From contig MEZH01000004.1 in NCBI GenBank assembly GCA_001775995.1, forward strand, positions 44,456-108,455: DNA of 64,000 nt, written 5' to 3'. Positions 47,049 through 56,151 of this stretch are shown here, piece by piece (within the stretch, counting starts at the first letter, position 1; every line of letters starts with the position of its first letter). The translations under genes and the position numbers were made by a program. This DNA is from Candidatus Bathyarchaeota archaeon RBG_16_48_13. GTDB taxonomy: Archaea; Thermoproteota; Bathyarchaeia; RBG-16-48-13. A model generated the notes under the pieces. That model was not told where the DNA came from and did not search any database. It saw only the letters and a list, made by a program, of their open reading frames with translations.

Positions 47049-47921
47049 TCATCTAAGAATGGAAGCTATGGCGGGGGCGACTGACACAATGCTGGTTTCA
47101 TTCTCCACAGTGTCAGTGCTGATAATGCTCGTGACCCCACTTTGCTTTATTCTTTCTTTGGCGTCTCCCATGAGGAGGGCGTGCGTGCACGCTACATAGA
47201 TGGACTTGGCCATCCGTTTCGAAGCCATCTCCGCAGCCTTGACTATGGTCACTCCAGTAGAGACTATGTCATCAACGACCACAACTTCCCTTCCAGCTAG
47301 ATCTATGGTTCTTTCATCAATATCCACCTGACCTGTAACGCGGTCTCTATGTTTGTCGAGGACAATGCAATCTGTTACCCCTAATGTCTCAGCTACTAGT
47401 TCGGCATGATGCTTGGCACCTTTGTCTGGAGCCAATATCAAGGGTCTTTTCATAGGGAGCATTCTCAGATACTCTGCTAGAGCCGGCATGGCTGAAACAT
47501 TCTTAATGGGGATTTTGAAAGGGGCCAGAGATTCCTGAGAGTGAACATCAACTGTCACAACCTCCTCGATCCCGACGGCCTGGACCAATCTTGCTACTGC
47601 CTCAACGCTCACGACATCGCCAACTCTGAAGGCCTTGTCTTGTCTCATATAAGCCAAGTAGGGGATAACAGCTGAAACATTATCCGCGCCCATTTTTCTC
47701 GCTCCTTCAGCCATTAGGAATAATTGAATTAGATTTCTGTCAGTTGGAGGGGGACAAGATTGAACGAGAACAACGCTTTCGCCCTCGATCGGTCGGGGGT
47801 ACCTAATGTAGGATTCTCCGTCTGGAAAGATTCGCCACTCCAACGGATATGGTTCAACACCCAATTCAACTGCAATTGATCTTCCCAGTCTTTGAGAAGC
47901 TGGTCCAGGGACGACTATCAT
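47049..47921 (-). CDS. prs: Ribose-phosphate pyrophosphokinase
   Basis: FPDGESY, PYLAYMRQDK, DVHS, APDKGA, VDDIVSTG, ACTH. Confidence 0.95.
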   Translation of the reverse strand: MIVVPGPASQRLGRSIAVELGVEPYPLEWRIFPDGESYIRYPRPIEGESVVLVQSCPPPTDRNLIQLFLMAEGARKMGADNVSAVIPYLAYMRQDKAFRVGDVVSVEAVARLVQAVGIEEVVTVDVHSQESLAPFKIPIKNVSAMPALAEYLRMLPMKRPLILAPDKGAKHHAELVAETLGVTDCIVLDKHRDRVTGQVDIDERTIDLAGREVVVVDDIVSTGVTIVKAAEMASKRMAKSIYVACTHALLMGDAKERIKQSGVTSIISTDTVENETSIVSVAPAIASILR

Positions 47922-48057
47922 TTAAGTATACAACTCTCGAGAATATCAAGAGGATAAGACACTATATATGATTTAGTTGGTGTCTGAAAGAAGTTAATTA
48001 GGAGGAAAATGCACCTCAACTATTCGTTTAGGATTTCTTTTTGAGTGGGTACTTGTC

Positions 48058-49110
48058 ATGCCAAGGAAAGAGGCCTTAATGTACGAGGTGTTGGCCAAGG
48101 ATATAATTCACTGCAAACTATGTCCAAAGAGTTGTTACATCGCACCCAATAAAAGAGGTTTCTGCAAGGTCAGAGAGAATGATAGAGGAAGACTATTCAC
48201 ATTAGCATACGGTGAAACGACTGCTCAAGCCATAGATCCGATTGAGAAGAAACCACTCTTCAACTTCTGGCCAGGTAGTCTATCATTCTCAATAAGCACC
48301 ATTTCATGCACCTTCTCCTGCGTCTGGTGTCAGAACTGGAATATTTCACAGGTTGCTCCGGGAGAGATTCGAACAGAAGAGATAAGTCCGGAAGATGCTG
48401 TGAAACTGGCGAAGAAATACGGATGTCGATCAATCTCATACACATACAACGAACCATTCGTCTGGTATGAATTCATCATGGACACAGCGAAGATCGCTCA
48501 GAAAGAGAACATATTAAATGTGATGGTAACAAATGGATACGTAACTCTAGAGGCACTAGACCAGATTGCTCCATTCATAGACGCGGCTAACGTTGATATC
48601 AAAGGATTCACAGAAGGATTCTATCGCAAGTATTGCGCTGCTGAGCTCAAACCCGTTTTGAATGCGACAACGGCGATGAAAGACAAAGGGATCCACGTTG
48701 AGGTCACAAATCTCATAATCCCGGATCTGAACGATAACTCGGAAGAAATCAGGGAAATGTGCAAGTGGCATGTTGAAAATCTCGGAGAAGAGACACCGCT
48801 CCACCTTAGCAGATTTTATCCCCATTACAGACTTGCTTCCACTCCTGAGACCCCGGTGAGTACTCTGGAAAAGGCTCAAAAGATAGCTTTGGAAATGGGA
48901 TTGCATTATGTGTACGTCGGAAATGTGCCTGGACATGGCGGAGAAAACACGTATTGCCCGAAATGCAAGGCTCTTCTCATCGAAAGGAACGGCTTTGACA
49001 TTACAGAGTGGCGGCTTGCGCCAGGGAAGAGCTGCCCAGAATGCGGTTTCAAGCCAAACATCATAGGGGAATACGAGGCACGATCACGAGTACCGCATTC
49101 GACGATTTAG
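48058..49110 (+). CDS. AmmeMemoRadiSam-system radical SAM enzyme (PflA-like)
   Basis: CKLCPKSC, DPIEKKPLFNF, CxxxCxxC (CTFSCVWC) QNW, YTYNEP, PLHLSRFYP, TYCPKC. Confidence 0.88.
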   Translation: MPRKEALMYEVLAKDIIHCKLCPKSCYIAPNKRGFCKVRENDRGRLFTLAYGETTAQAIDPIEKKPLFNFWPGSLSFSISTISCTFSCVWCQNWNISQVAPGEIRTEEISPEDAVKLAKKYGCRSISYTYNEPFVWYEFIMDTAKIAQKENILNVMVTNGYVTLEALDQIAPFIDAANVDIKGFTEGFYRKYCAAELKPVLNATTAMKDKGIHVEVTNLIIPDLNDNSEEIREMCKWHVENLGEETPLHLSRFYPHYRLASTPETPVSTLEKAQKIALEMGLHYVYVGNVPGHGGENTYCPKCKALLIERNGFDITEWRLAPGKSCPECGFKPNIIGEYEARSRVPHSTI

Positions 49111-49114
49111 GGAT

Positions 49115-49540
49115 GTGAAAATTTTGAGCAGAGAAGTCCAAACTAGGTTCAGCATAACCATATCTCCACCCATCTTGGAGGAGTTCGACCGAGTTGTCCA
49201 TGATGTAGGATACAGGAGCAGGTCAAAGGCTGTGCGTGACGCCCTTCTCAATTTCATTGCCCACCAGAAGATGCTCAGAGGAAAAGGAACCAGGGCAGGA
49301 AGCATAACGATAGTGTATGATTACAGGGACCCAACAAACGAATTGACTTCTCTCAAACATAGATATGCTGGCATAATTGAAGCGACCCTTGATGTGAATC
49401 TTGGAGAACACCATAATCTGGCGATTATGGCTGTAAATGGTGATCTTGGCGATATAAGTAAGCTCACCAAGGCACTTCAGACTCAAAAAAACATAAAACA
49501 CACCGAAACCGTGATACTGACATCATCCAAAATCGACTAG
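49115..49540 (+). CDS. NikR-family RHH-ACT regulator with a degenerate metal site
   Basis: RFSITI, GYRSRSKAVRDA ribbon-helix-helix plus C-terminal ACT fold; TLDVNL..NLA in place of TLHVH..CLE. Confidence 0.8.
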   Translation: MKILSREVQTRFSITISPPILEEFDRVVHDVGYRSRSKAVRDALLNFIAHQKMLRGKGTRAGSITIVYDYRDPTNELTSLKHRYAGIIEATLDVNLGEHHNLAIMAVNGDLGDISKLTKALQTQKNIKHTETVILTSSKID

Positions 49541-49636
49541 TACCAACCTTTGAGAAGTGCCGCCATGTTGGAGTCCAAAGTAGAAAGTGGTTTCTGAAGG
49601 CATCTCAGCTGGAAGATTGGCAGATACATTGAAAGA

Positions 49637-49686
49637 AGTTTCAAGTGACGATGGTCATAGAAACATGACCAATGTGACTTTGAACT
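49637..49686. repeat. Imperfect inverted repeat (22-position stem, 6-nt loop)
   Basis: AGTTTCAAGTGACGATGGTCAT-AGAAAC-ATGACCAATGTGACTTTGAACT: 17 Watson-Crick pairs, 2 G-T, 3 mismatches. Confidence 0.8.
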
Positions 49687-49831
49687 AGCCTTCCAGAACA
49701 TTTCGCCTTTACTATCATTCCCCTTTCCGAAAGCGGAAGTGTAATCTCCGATTCGTAGATAAAAAACTTTTTAAGGCGACAGACTCAATTCGCTTAACCC
49801 TTCGAGCGCGAGATGGAGGACCCAAAGATTA

Positions 49832-50035
49832 ATGGTTTCATGCACTGATTGCCACGCGGAGATGTCATACGATCCCAAATTCAAGAAGTTTGTATGCAAG
49901 CATTGCGGACTTACGCTGACTTATCAAGAGTACATGGAGCTCAGAGACAAGAATCGCTCCGATGATGAGTCAGACGCAGATAAGAAGAAGAGAAAACACG
50001 ACGAATACCTGAAATGGTGGCTATCCAAGAAATAA
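49832..50035 (+). CDS. Small zinc-ribbon protein
   Basis: CTDC-x14-CKHC plus charged tail ending EYLKWWLSKK; upstream BRE/TATA-like AAAAAACTTTTTAAG (49761..49775) and SD-like GGAGG. Confidence 0.75.
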   Translation: MVSCTDCHAEMSYDPKFKKFVCKHCGLTLTYQEYMELRDKNRSDDESDADKKKRKHDEYLKWWLSKK

Positions 50036-50053
50036 TGAAGGGAGCGCCACTAT

Positions 50054-50866
50054 TTGGTCTGTCAGGTGGAGTTAATATGCATAGGTAACGAACTTCTCAT
50101 AGGCAAGACCCTAAATACCAATGCGCATTGGCTTTCCAAGAGGATCACGAGCCTAGGCTGCATAGTTAGGAGAACAACGGTCGTCAGGGACGAAATCAGC
50201 GAGATTGTCGCCTCAACCAGAGAAGCCATTGCACGAAAACCGGATTTTATAATAATCACGGGAGGGCTTGGACCAACCTTCGACGATATGACCTTGGAAG
50301 GAGTGGCCAAAGCTTTGAGTAGAAAGTTGGAGATGAACGATGAAGCCCTTGAAATGTTGAGGGAAAGGTACGCAGAATTCACCAAGATGGGGCGTATTAA
50401 GGATTCAAATCTGACAGAATATAGACTAAAAATGGCTCGCCTTCCCCAAGGTGCGAGACCGATTCACAATCCTGTTGGGACTGCACCAGGAGTAACGATC
50501 CATGAAAACTCAACGACCATTCTCGTACTTCCAGGAGTGCCACAAGAGATGGAAGCGATCTTCGAGGCAAGTATCATTCATCTATTGCGAGACAAGTCAG
50601 ATGGACTATTCTATGTGGAAAGGAGCCTTCAGGTCCTTGGGGTTGTTGAGTCATCGCTAGCTGCTCTGATAGATCGAGTGATGTTGGAATATCCCGCAAT
50701 CTACATAAAATCTCATCCAATTGGATCCGAACCAGAGGTTCACATTGAACTTCACCTCACAACCAGCTCCAGAAATAAAGAAGGGGCGGAGGAGGAGATC
50801 AGCAAGGCAATGGAGAAAATCCAGGTCTTAATCTCGCAAAAAGGCGGGAGAACAGGGTTCGTTTAG
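50054..50866 (+). CDS. CinA-like molybdopterin-binding-domain protein (COG1058-type, no PncC domain)
   Basis: IGNELLIG..LNTNAHWL, TGGLGPTFDDMT, GTAPG, LPGVPQEM. Confidence 0.85.
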   Translation: MVCQVELICIGNELLIGKTLNTNAHWLSKRITSLGCIVRRTTVVRDEISEIVASTREAIARKPDFIIITGGLGPTFDDMTLEGVAKALSRKLEMNDEALEMLRERYAEFTKMGRIKDSNLTEYRLKMARLPQGARPIHNPVGTAPGVTIHENSTTILVLPGVPQEMEAIFEASIIHLLRDKSDGLFYVERSLQVLGVVESSLAALIDRVMLEYPAIYIKSHPIGSEPEVHIELHLTTSSRNKEGAEEEISKAMEKIQVLISQKGGRTGFV

Positions 50867-50873
50867 AAAGAGA

Positions 50874-51647
50874 ATGATACAATTGTTCGCGATATTCGTT
50901 GTTGGAACGGCGGGTTCTGGGAAATCGCTGTTTACGGGGTCATTCCTAGAATGGCTCAAAGCAAAAGATCAAAATGCTATAACGGTTAATCTCGATCCAG
51001 GGGCCTCGTATACTCCGTACAATCCCGATGTAGACGTTAGAACCAACATAGACGTCTTGGAGATCATGAATGAATATAGGCTGGGCCCTAACGGAGCTTT
51101 GGTGATGGCTGCCGACCAAGTTGCTTCGGAGCTGGACAGTATTCAGGAACAGATTGATGAGTTGAACCCTGACTATACGATAATTGATACCTCTGGACAG
51201 ATGGAGCTTTTCGCCTTCAGGGCTAGCGGCCCATATATAGCCAAAGAAATCGTTGCTGATAATAAGATCGTACTATACATGTTTGACAGCATCTTCTCCA
51301 ACAACCCCTTCAACTACGTTTCAAACATGTTTTTGGCTGCCGCAGTCAATAATCGCTTCAATCTGCCTCAGGTTCACGTCTTGTCCAAGACAGATATACT
51401 TCCTCCAAGCAAGGTGAAAGAGATTCTGGATTGGTCGTCGAGGTCAGGTAAGCTGGAAATGGCATTGGAAAGCAGTGGTGAAGCAACCAGGATGCTGCTA
51501 AATAGAGATGTTCTTAGAGCATTGGGGAGACTCAATCTAACCTTCTCTTTATTGCCTATTTCCTCCACGAATAATGGTGGATTTACGAATTTGTTTGCTG
51601 TGCTTCAGAGAATCTTCATGGGCGGAGAAGAAATAATCAAGGGATAA
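50874..51647 (+). CDS. GPN-loop GTPase
   Basis: GTAGSGKS, NLDPG, LGPNGA, IDTSGQMELF, VLSKTD. Confidence 0.92.
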   Translation: MIQLFAIFVVGTAGSGKSLFTGSFLEWLKAKDQNAITVNLDPGASYTPYNPDVDVRTNIDVLEIMNEYRLGPNGALVMAADQVASELDSIQEQIDELNPDYTIIDTSGQMELFAFRASGPYIAKEIVADNKIVLYMFDSIFSNNPFNYVSNMFLAAAVNNRFNLPQVHVLSKTDILPPSKVKEILDWSSRSGKLEMALESSGEATRMLLNRDVLRALGRLNLTFSLLPISSTNNGGFTNLFAVLQRIFMGGEEIIKG

Positions 51648-51706
51648 TACAAGCATAAAGATTGCATCAGGCCTTATGGCGGGCGCGGCGTTCAGCATAG
51701 TTCCGC

Positions 51707-54118
51707 TTAGGATTCGTCTTCTTTCTGAATGTCATCTGAGGTTGGATCTTTTCGTTTGCCACGAATTACCGCATATGCTACTGCAACTAAGGATATTCCG
51801 CTGATTGCGTATGCAACCAATTGCATTAGGCCACCTTGCTTGCTTACTAGTATTAGCAGCGGAGCAATAAGCAGTGAGATCAGGTTGACTACTTTAATCA
51901 TCGGATTCAAAGCCGGACCTGCCGTGTCTTTAAGCGGGTCACCAACGGTGTCACCAATAATGCTTGCTTTATGGCGAAGCGAGCCTTTGCCAAGATTCTC
52001 ATCCGGTGCACTTCTTTCGCTTTCAATCTCTTTCTTAGCATTGTCCCAGGCGCCGCCCGCGTTTGCCATGAAGACAGCTAATAATTGACCAGTTATTATC
52101 ACACCCGCTAAGAATCCGCCTAGAGCAAGTTCGCCTATTAGAAAACCTATGATTATCGGCATCAAAACAGCCAACAACGCCACGCTAATCAGTTCGCTCT
52201 GGGCAGCATTCGTGCATATGCGCACGACCTTTGCATAGTCTGGTTTTGTTGTGCCTTCCATCACACCTGGAATTCTGAATTGTTTGCGCACTTCCTCTAC
52301 GATTAGTGAAGCTGCTCTTTGAACGGCGCGCAATAGAATTGAACTGAACAAGAACGGCATGGCTCCGCCAATCAGCATCCCGATGAAGACGAGGGGCTGT
52401 GCGATGTCCAGTACTATGTTCAGGCCGAGTGCTTCAACAAATGAGCCAAACAAGCTGACGGCGGCAATGACGGCAGAGGCAATAGCAATGCCTTTCGTAA
52501 TTGCCTTGGTCGTATTGCCCGTCGCATCCAAATCGGCAAGAGTAGCTTGGCCTTCCGTGCTCTGGAAGTCTTCCTTGCACATCTCTGCGATACCGCCCGC
52601 GTTGTCCGAGATCGGTCCGAATGCATCCATAGCCAAGTTGTTGCCAGTATGCGAAAGCATTCCTATTCCGGTAAGAGCTACAGAGTAGAATATGAACAGC
52701 ACTTGGTTTGTTGGCGGGATTTTAAAACTACTGATGATCAATCCGAGCACTATAACGGCCATTGCTCCGAAAACACCAATTTCTATCTTCTTGCTTCGCC
52801 TAGCCAAGAGAATTCCCACTATGACGGCTGCTATAACTGCTCCCGCTATTATCATGGGTGCTAGTGCCACTGGGGTCGTGAAAGAGTATATGGAAACTGC
52901 TCCCAGAATTGATAATGCGATTATCAGAATAGCCCATACACTGCTTTCGTAGCCTATGGTAATTCCAGATAATATTACGATGGCTGCGCCAAATTTAGTG
53001 GACCTAACTATGTCTTTAACTGAACCTGTATCTCGTTGAGTGAATGCCCCAGTGTATTTGTTAAATGCTATTGCCAGCAAGATTCCTGTTGCTGTTGCTG
53101 CAAAAAGGCGTAAATCTTGGACATAGAAGTAGGCGATGAAGAAAAAGGCAGTTGTGGAAATAACCGAAGACAGGTCGTAGGAAAGATCCATCGCCCGAAA
53201 AGCATCACCTTTCGTCGGCCACCAATTAACCGCGTAGGTCCCAATGATGGAGCTAAATACACCTATAGCGCGCACCAGCAGGGGGAATATGATATACTTG
53301 AGACTGTGGGTTGGGTCGATCGCTGATACAGCTAACCCCAAGATCAACGCAGAAACCATCGTGACTTCATAAGACTCAAAAACATCCTCAGCCATCCCGC
53401 TGAAGTCACCCACGTTGTCACCGACTAGGTCGGCAATGGCAGCCGCATTGCGCGGATCATCCTCAGGAATGTCATGTTCAACCTTACCAACTAGGTCAGC
53501 TCCTACATCAGCCGCCTTAGTGTAAATGCCACCTCCGACTCTCATGAACATGGCTAGCAAAGTGCCTCCAAAGCCGAAGCCCAATAGCACATCTGGGGCG
53601 TGAACACCATACAGAATGAATATGACTGTGCCTCCAAGCAACCCGAGCCCATCTGCTAACATTCCAGCAATTGTACCAGCTCTATAAGCGACCCGCAATG
53701 CTCCTTGAAAAGATCCGGCTCGAGCTTGTTGGGCGACTCTGACGTTGGCTCGCGTCCCAATTACTCTAAGTCCAATTTGCCCAATCGCCAGCGAGCAGGC
53801 TGCTCCAAACAGTAGGGCAATTCCGCGTCCAATGTAGATCTGCCAAGGATACTGCGAAAAATATGCTGATACCGCTAAGGCTAACGCGAGAAGAAAGGCA
53901 ATTGGTATAACTACTTCCATCTGACGATTCAGATAGGCAATTGCGCCCTCACGGATAGAGTTCGAGAGGTCCTGCATCTTCTTGGTGCCTGGGTCTTCTT
54001 TCAGCACCCTTCGAGCCAGCCAAAAGGCGTATAAAAGCGCTGCGACACCCGTGCTGATCACAAGTAGCAGAGCTATTTGCTCAAACTGGGATAGGCCGCT
54101 CGTCAGAATTGAACTCAT
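51707..54118 (-). CDS. hppA: Membrane-integral pyrophosphatase, K+-independent type
   Basis: RVGGGIYTKAADVGADLVGKVE, EDDPRN, DNVGD, GPISDNAGGIAEM, GNTTKA, GGAWDNAKK, GDTVGDPLKDTAGP. Confidence 0.95.
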   Translation of the reverse strand: MSSILTSGLSQFEQIALLLVISTGVAALLYAFWLARRVLKEDPGTKKMQDLSNSIREGAIAYLNRQMEVVIPIAFLLALALAVSAYFSQYPWQIYIGRGIALLFGAACSLAIGQIGLRVIGTRANVRVAQQARAGSFQGALRVAYRAGTIAGMLADGLGLLGGTVIFILYGVHAPDVLLGFGFGGTLLAMFMRVGGGIYTKAADVGADLVGKVEHDIPEDDPRNAAAIADLVGDNVGDFSGMAEDVFESYEVTMVSALILGLAVSAIDPTHSLKYIIFPLLVRAIGVFSSIIGTYAVNWWPTKGDAFRAMDLSYDLSSVISTTAFFFIAYFYVQDLRLFAATATGILLAIAFNKYTGAFTQRDTGSVKDIVRSTKFGAAIVILSGITIGYESSVWAILIIALSILGAVSIYSFTTPVALAPMIIAGAVIAAVIVGILLARRSKKIEIGVFGAMAVIVLGLIISSFKIPPTNQVLFIFYSVALTGIGMLSHTGNNLAMDAFGPISDNAGGIAEMCKEDFQSTEGQATLADLDATGNTTKAITKGIAIASAVIAAVSLFGSFVEALGLNIVLDIAQPLVFIGMLIGGAMPFLFSSILLRAVQRAASLIVEEVRKQFRIPGVMEGTTKPDYAKVVRICTNAAQSELISVALLAVLMPIIIGFLIGELALGGFLAGVIITGQLLAVFMANAGGAWDNAKKEIESERSAPDENLGKGSLRHKASIIGDTVGDPLKDTAGPALNPMIKVVNLISLLIAPLLILVSKQGGLMQLVAYAISGISLVAVAYAVIRGKRKDPTSDDIQKEDES

Positions 54119-54209
54119 ACGATAGAACCTCCTAGTGCGCGCGCGGCGGTTTCCACGATGGCATGACCCTCAATCATTACAGTTAAGAGTCTTAAAATTT
54201 CAAGGGCGC

Positions 54210-54224
54210 ATATAAAACCTTTTC
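54210..54224 (-). promoter_or_regulatory. BRE + TATA promoter of hppA
   Basis: Minus strand GAAAAGG-TTTTATAT, nearly identical to the rps8e promoter element. Confidence 0.6.
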
Positions 54225-54453
54225 CCATCATGATCTAATCAAGAAAGAAACTATAGCGTTCAGGAAATTGAAAATTCATGGACAAGAAACGCTCAATTGT
54301 GCCCTCGTAGAGGGAGTATGAACATGGGAAAAGTTAGGGCCAAATATCGACAATCTTGTTATTCGATACAGCATAAGGAAGAGATGCTTTTTAATAACAA
54401 AAGAAAGGGTTACGAGAATTCAAAGCCGTTCAAGGATTCATGATTGTGAAAGA

Positions 54454-55329
54454 TTAGATCATTCCGCGCTCAACCAGAAGTTTGAATTCATCGAAGGTCA
54501 ACTTGTCGCCTTTCTTCAATTTCTCTGAGGCCTCTTTGGCAGTGACCTCTCTGGCTTGCAGGACTCTCTGAACCTGATCCATCTTTAGATTCTTCTCATT
54601 CTGATGGATCTGCCTTTCCAATTCCTTGATCTCTATTATGAAGTTGATGTAGCTATGGTGAGATTCGTCCGCTTTCTTCTTTGAGTCCAGGAACGTTTGG
54701 TGAGCGGAATCAGCTTCGGATTTCACGGCGTCCAACTCTTTAAGGGATTCCAGCATTCCGATGTGATTCTCCTGACTGGCCTGAGCCAGATCCCTGATCT
54801 GGGAATACACATCGTTGTTCTTGATTTTTTCAGATCTGACCTTGGCATTGATTTCTATGAGTTGAGCTCGCAGTTTGTCGATCTGCTCAACATTCTTAAT
54901 TTGACCCTCCAGACCCTTCAACTGCCTTATGATTCTCGCCTCGTCCTGGAGGTTCGTTGGATCCGTCTGAAGTTTCCACTCAAGTTTCTTGAACATGCTC
55001 TTCGCCCTCCTTTCCTTTCCAGTCATTTGTTTCTGGAGGGCTTTGAGTTCCTCTTTTATCCGATCACTCTGTTCTCTTAACCCCGAGAAGTCTGTCTTAG
55101 TACTTTCCCTGAATTTCTTTAATTCTTGGATCTGGCTGTTGAGCTCATCACGTTTAGCCCTTTGGTCCATAGCTTTGTTCTTCAGCTCTCGAGCCCGCTC
55201 GTTTAGCTTATCCCTCTTCTCCGCAGACTTTCTGACCTCATCGTTCATGTTATCGCGCAATTCCTTCAGCGGTAGAGCCTTTGCTTCGAGGTCACCGAGC
55301 TTCCTCAACATCTCTTCTGTGGACGCCAT
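54454..55329 (-). CDS. Archaeal coiled-coil protein (COG1340-like)
   Basis: Heptad K/E/L-rich sequence with RDELN repeats, LEWKLQT, C-terminal KLKKGDKLTFDEFKLL. Confidence 0.75.
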   Translation of the reverse strand: MASTEEMLRKLGDLEAKALPLKELRDNMNDEVRKSAEKRDKLNERARELKNKAMDQRAKRDELNSQIQELKKFRESTKTDFSGLREQSDRIKEELKALQKQMTGKERRAKSMFKKLEWKLQTDPTNLQDEARIIRQLKGLEGQIKNVEQIDKLRAQLIEINAKVRSEKIKNNDVYSQIRDLAQASQENHIGMLESLKELDAVKSEADSAHQTFLDSKKKADESHHSYINFIIEIKELERQIHQNEKNLKMDQVQRVLQAREVTAKEASEKLKKGDKLTFDEFKLLVERGMI

Positions 55330-55419
55330 TCAAGTCGACCTAAAACTTCGAGATAATGTGGGTAGAGATCATGATGTAATTAAGTTTTTGTCTTTCTCGT
55401 GATGAAAAAGTGTGAAAGT

Positions 55420-56151
55420 CTACTTTGTGAGTATGATTCTGGCATCCACCACTTGAAGACCATCAGAATAGAGTATAGTGGGATTAAGATCCAACTCACT
55501 TATTTCTTGGTGTTCCGTGACAAGCCTTGATACCTTCAATAAGAGATCTGAAAGCGCCTTCAAATCCACTGCAGGATAGTTCCTGTAGCCCTTCAATATG
55601 GGGAAGGCCTTAATCTCGGTAATCATTTCCATGGCATCGTTTTCGGTTATTGGAGCGACCCTGAAAGAGACATCCTTTAATAGCTCAACGAAGATTCCTC
55701 CCAAACCAAACATGAGTGCGGGACCAAATTGAGGGTCTTTTATGGAGCCAACTATTACCTCAGTGGATGAAGGCGCCATAGCCGAAACCAGTATCCCGTC
55801 AATCCTAGCATCAGGTTTGTTCTTTTTTACGTTTGCCATGATCAATTCAAAGGCGGCTTTCACCTCATCAATAGTCTTGGGCCCAACGACTACACCTCCA
55901 ACGTCCGATTTGTGAATTACATCTTGTGAGACTATCTTTAGGACCACCGGGAAACCGAGTTCTTTGGCAGCTGAGGTGGCCTCGCTCTCGCTCTTTGCCA
56001 CTCTGAAGCCGGGTACAGGGATTCCGTACTCGATGCATATCATCTTGGCCTCAGGTTCCAGGAGGTATGTTCGGTTCTCATTCAACGCATTTCGTATTAG
56101 GTTATTTGTTATCGAATCCATTTCTTGAGACCTCATTTCTTCTTTAGCCAA
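55420..56151 (-). CDS. acdB: Acetate/acyl-CoA ligase (ADP-forming) beta subunit
   Basis: LLEPEAK, GFPVVLKIVS.DVIHKSDVGGV, DPQFGPALMFGLGGIFVE, ELDLNP, VVDARI. Confidence 0.92.
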   Translation of the reverse strand: MAKEEMRSQEMDSITNNLIRNALNENRTYLLEPEAKMICIEYGIPVPGFRVAKSESEATSAAKELGFPVVLKIVSQDVIHKSDVGGVVVGPKTIDEVKAAFELIMANVKKNKPDARIDGILVSAMAPSSTEVIVGSIKDPQFGPALMFGLGGIFVELLKDVSFRVAPITENDAMEMITEIKAFPILKGYRNYPAVDLKALSDLLLKVSRLVTEHQEISELDLNPTILYSDGLQVVDARIILTK

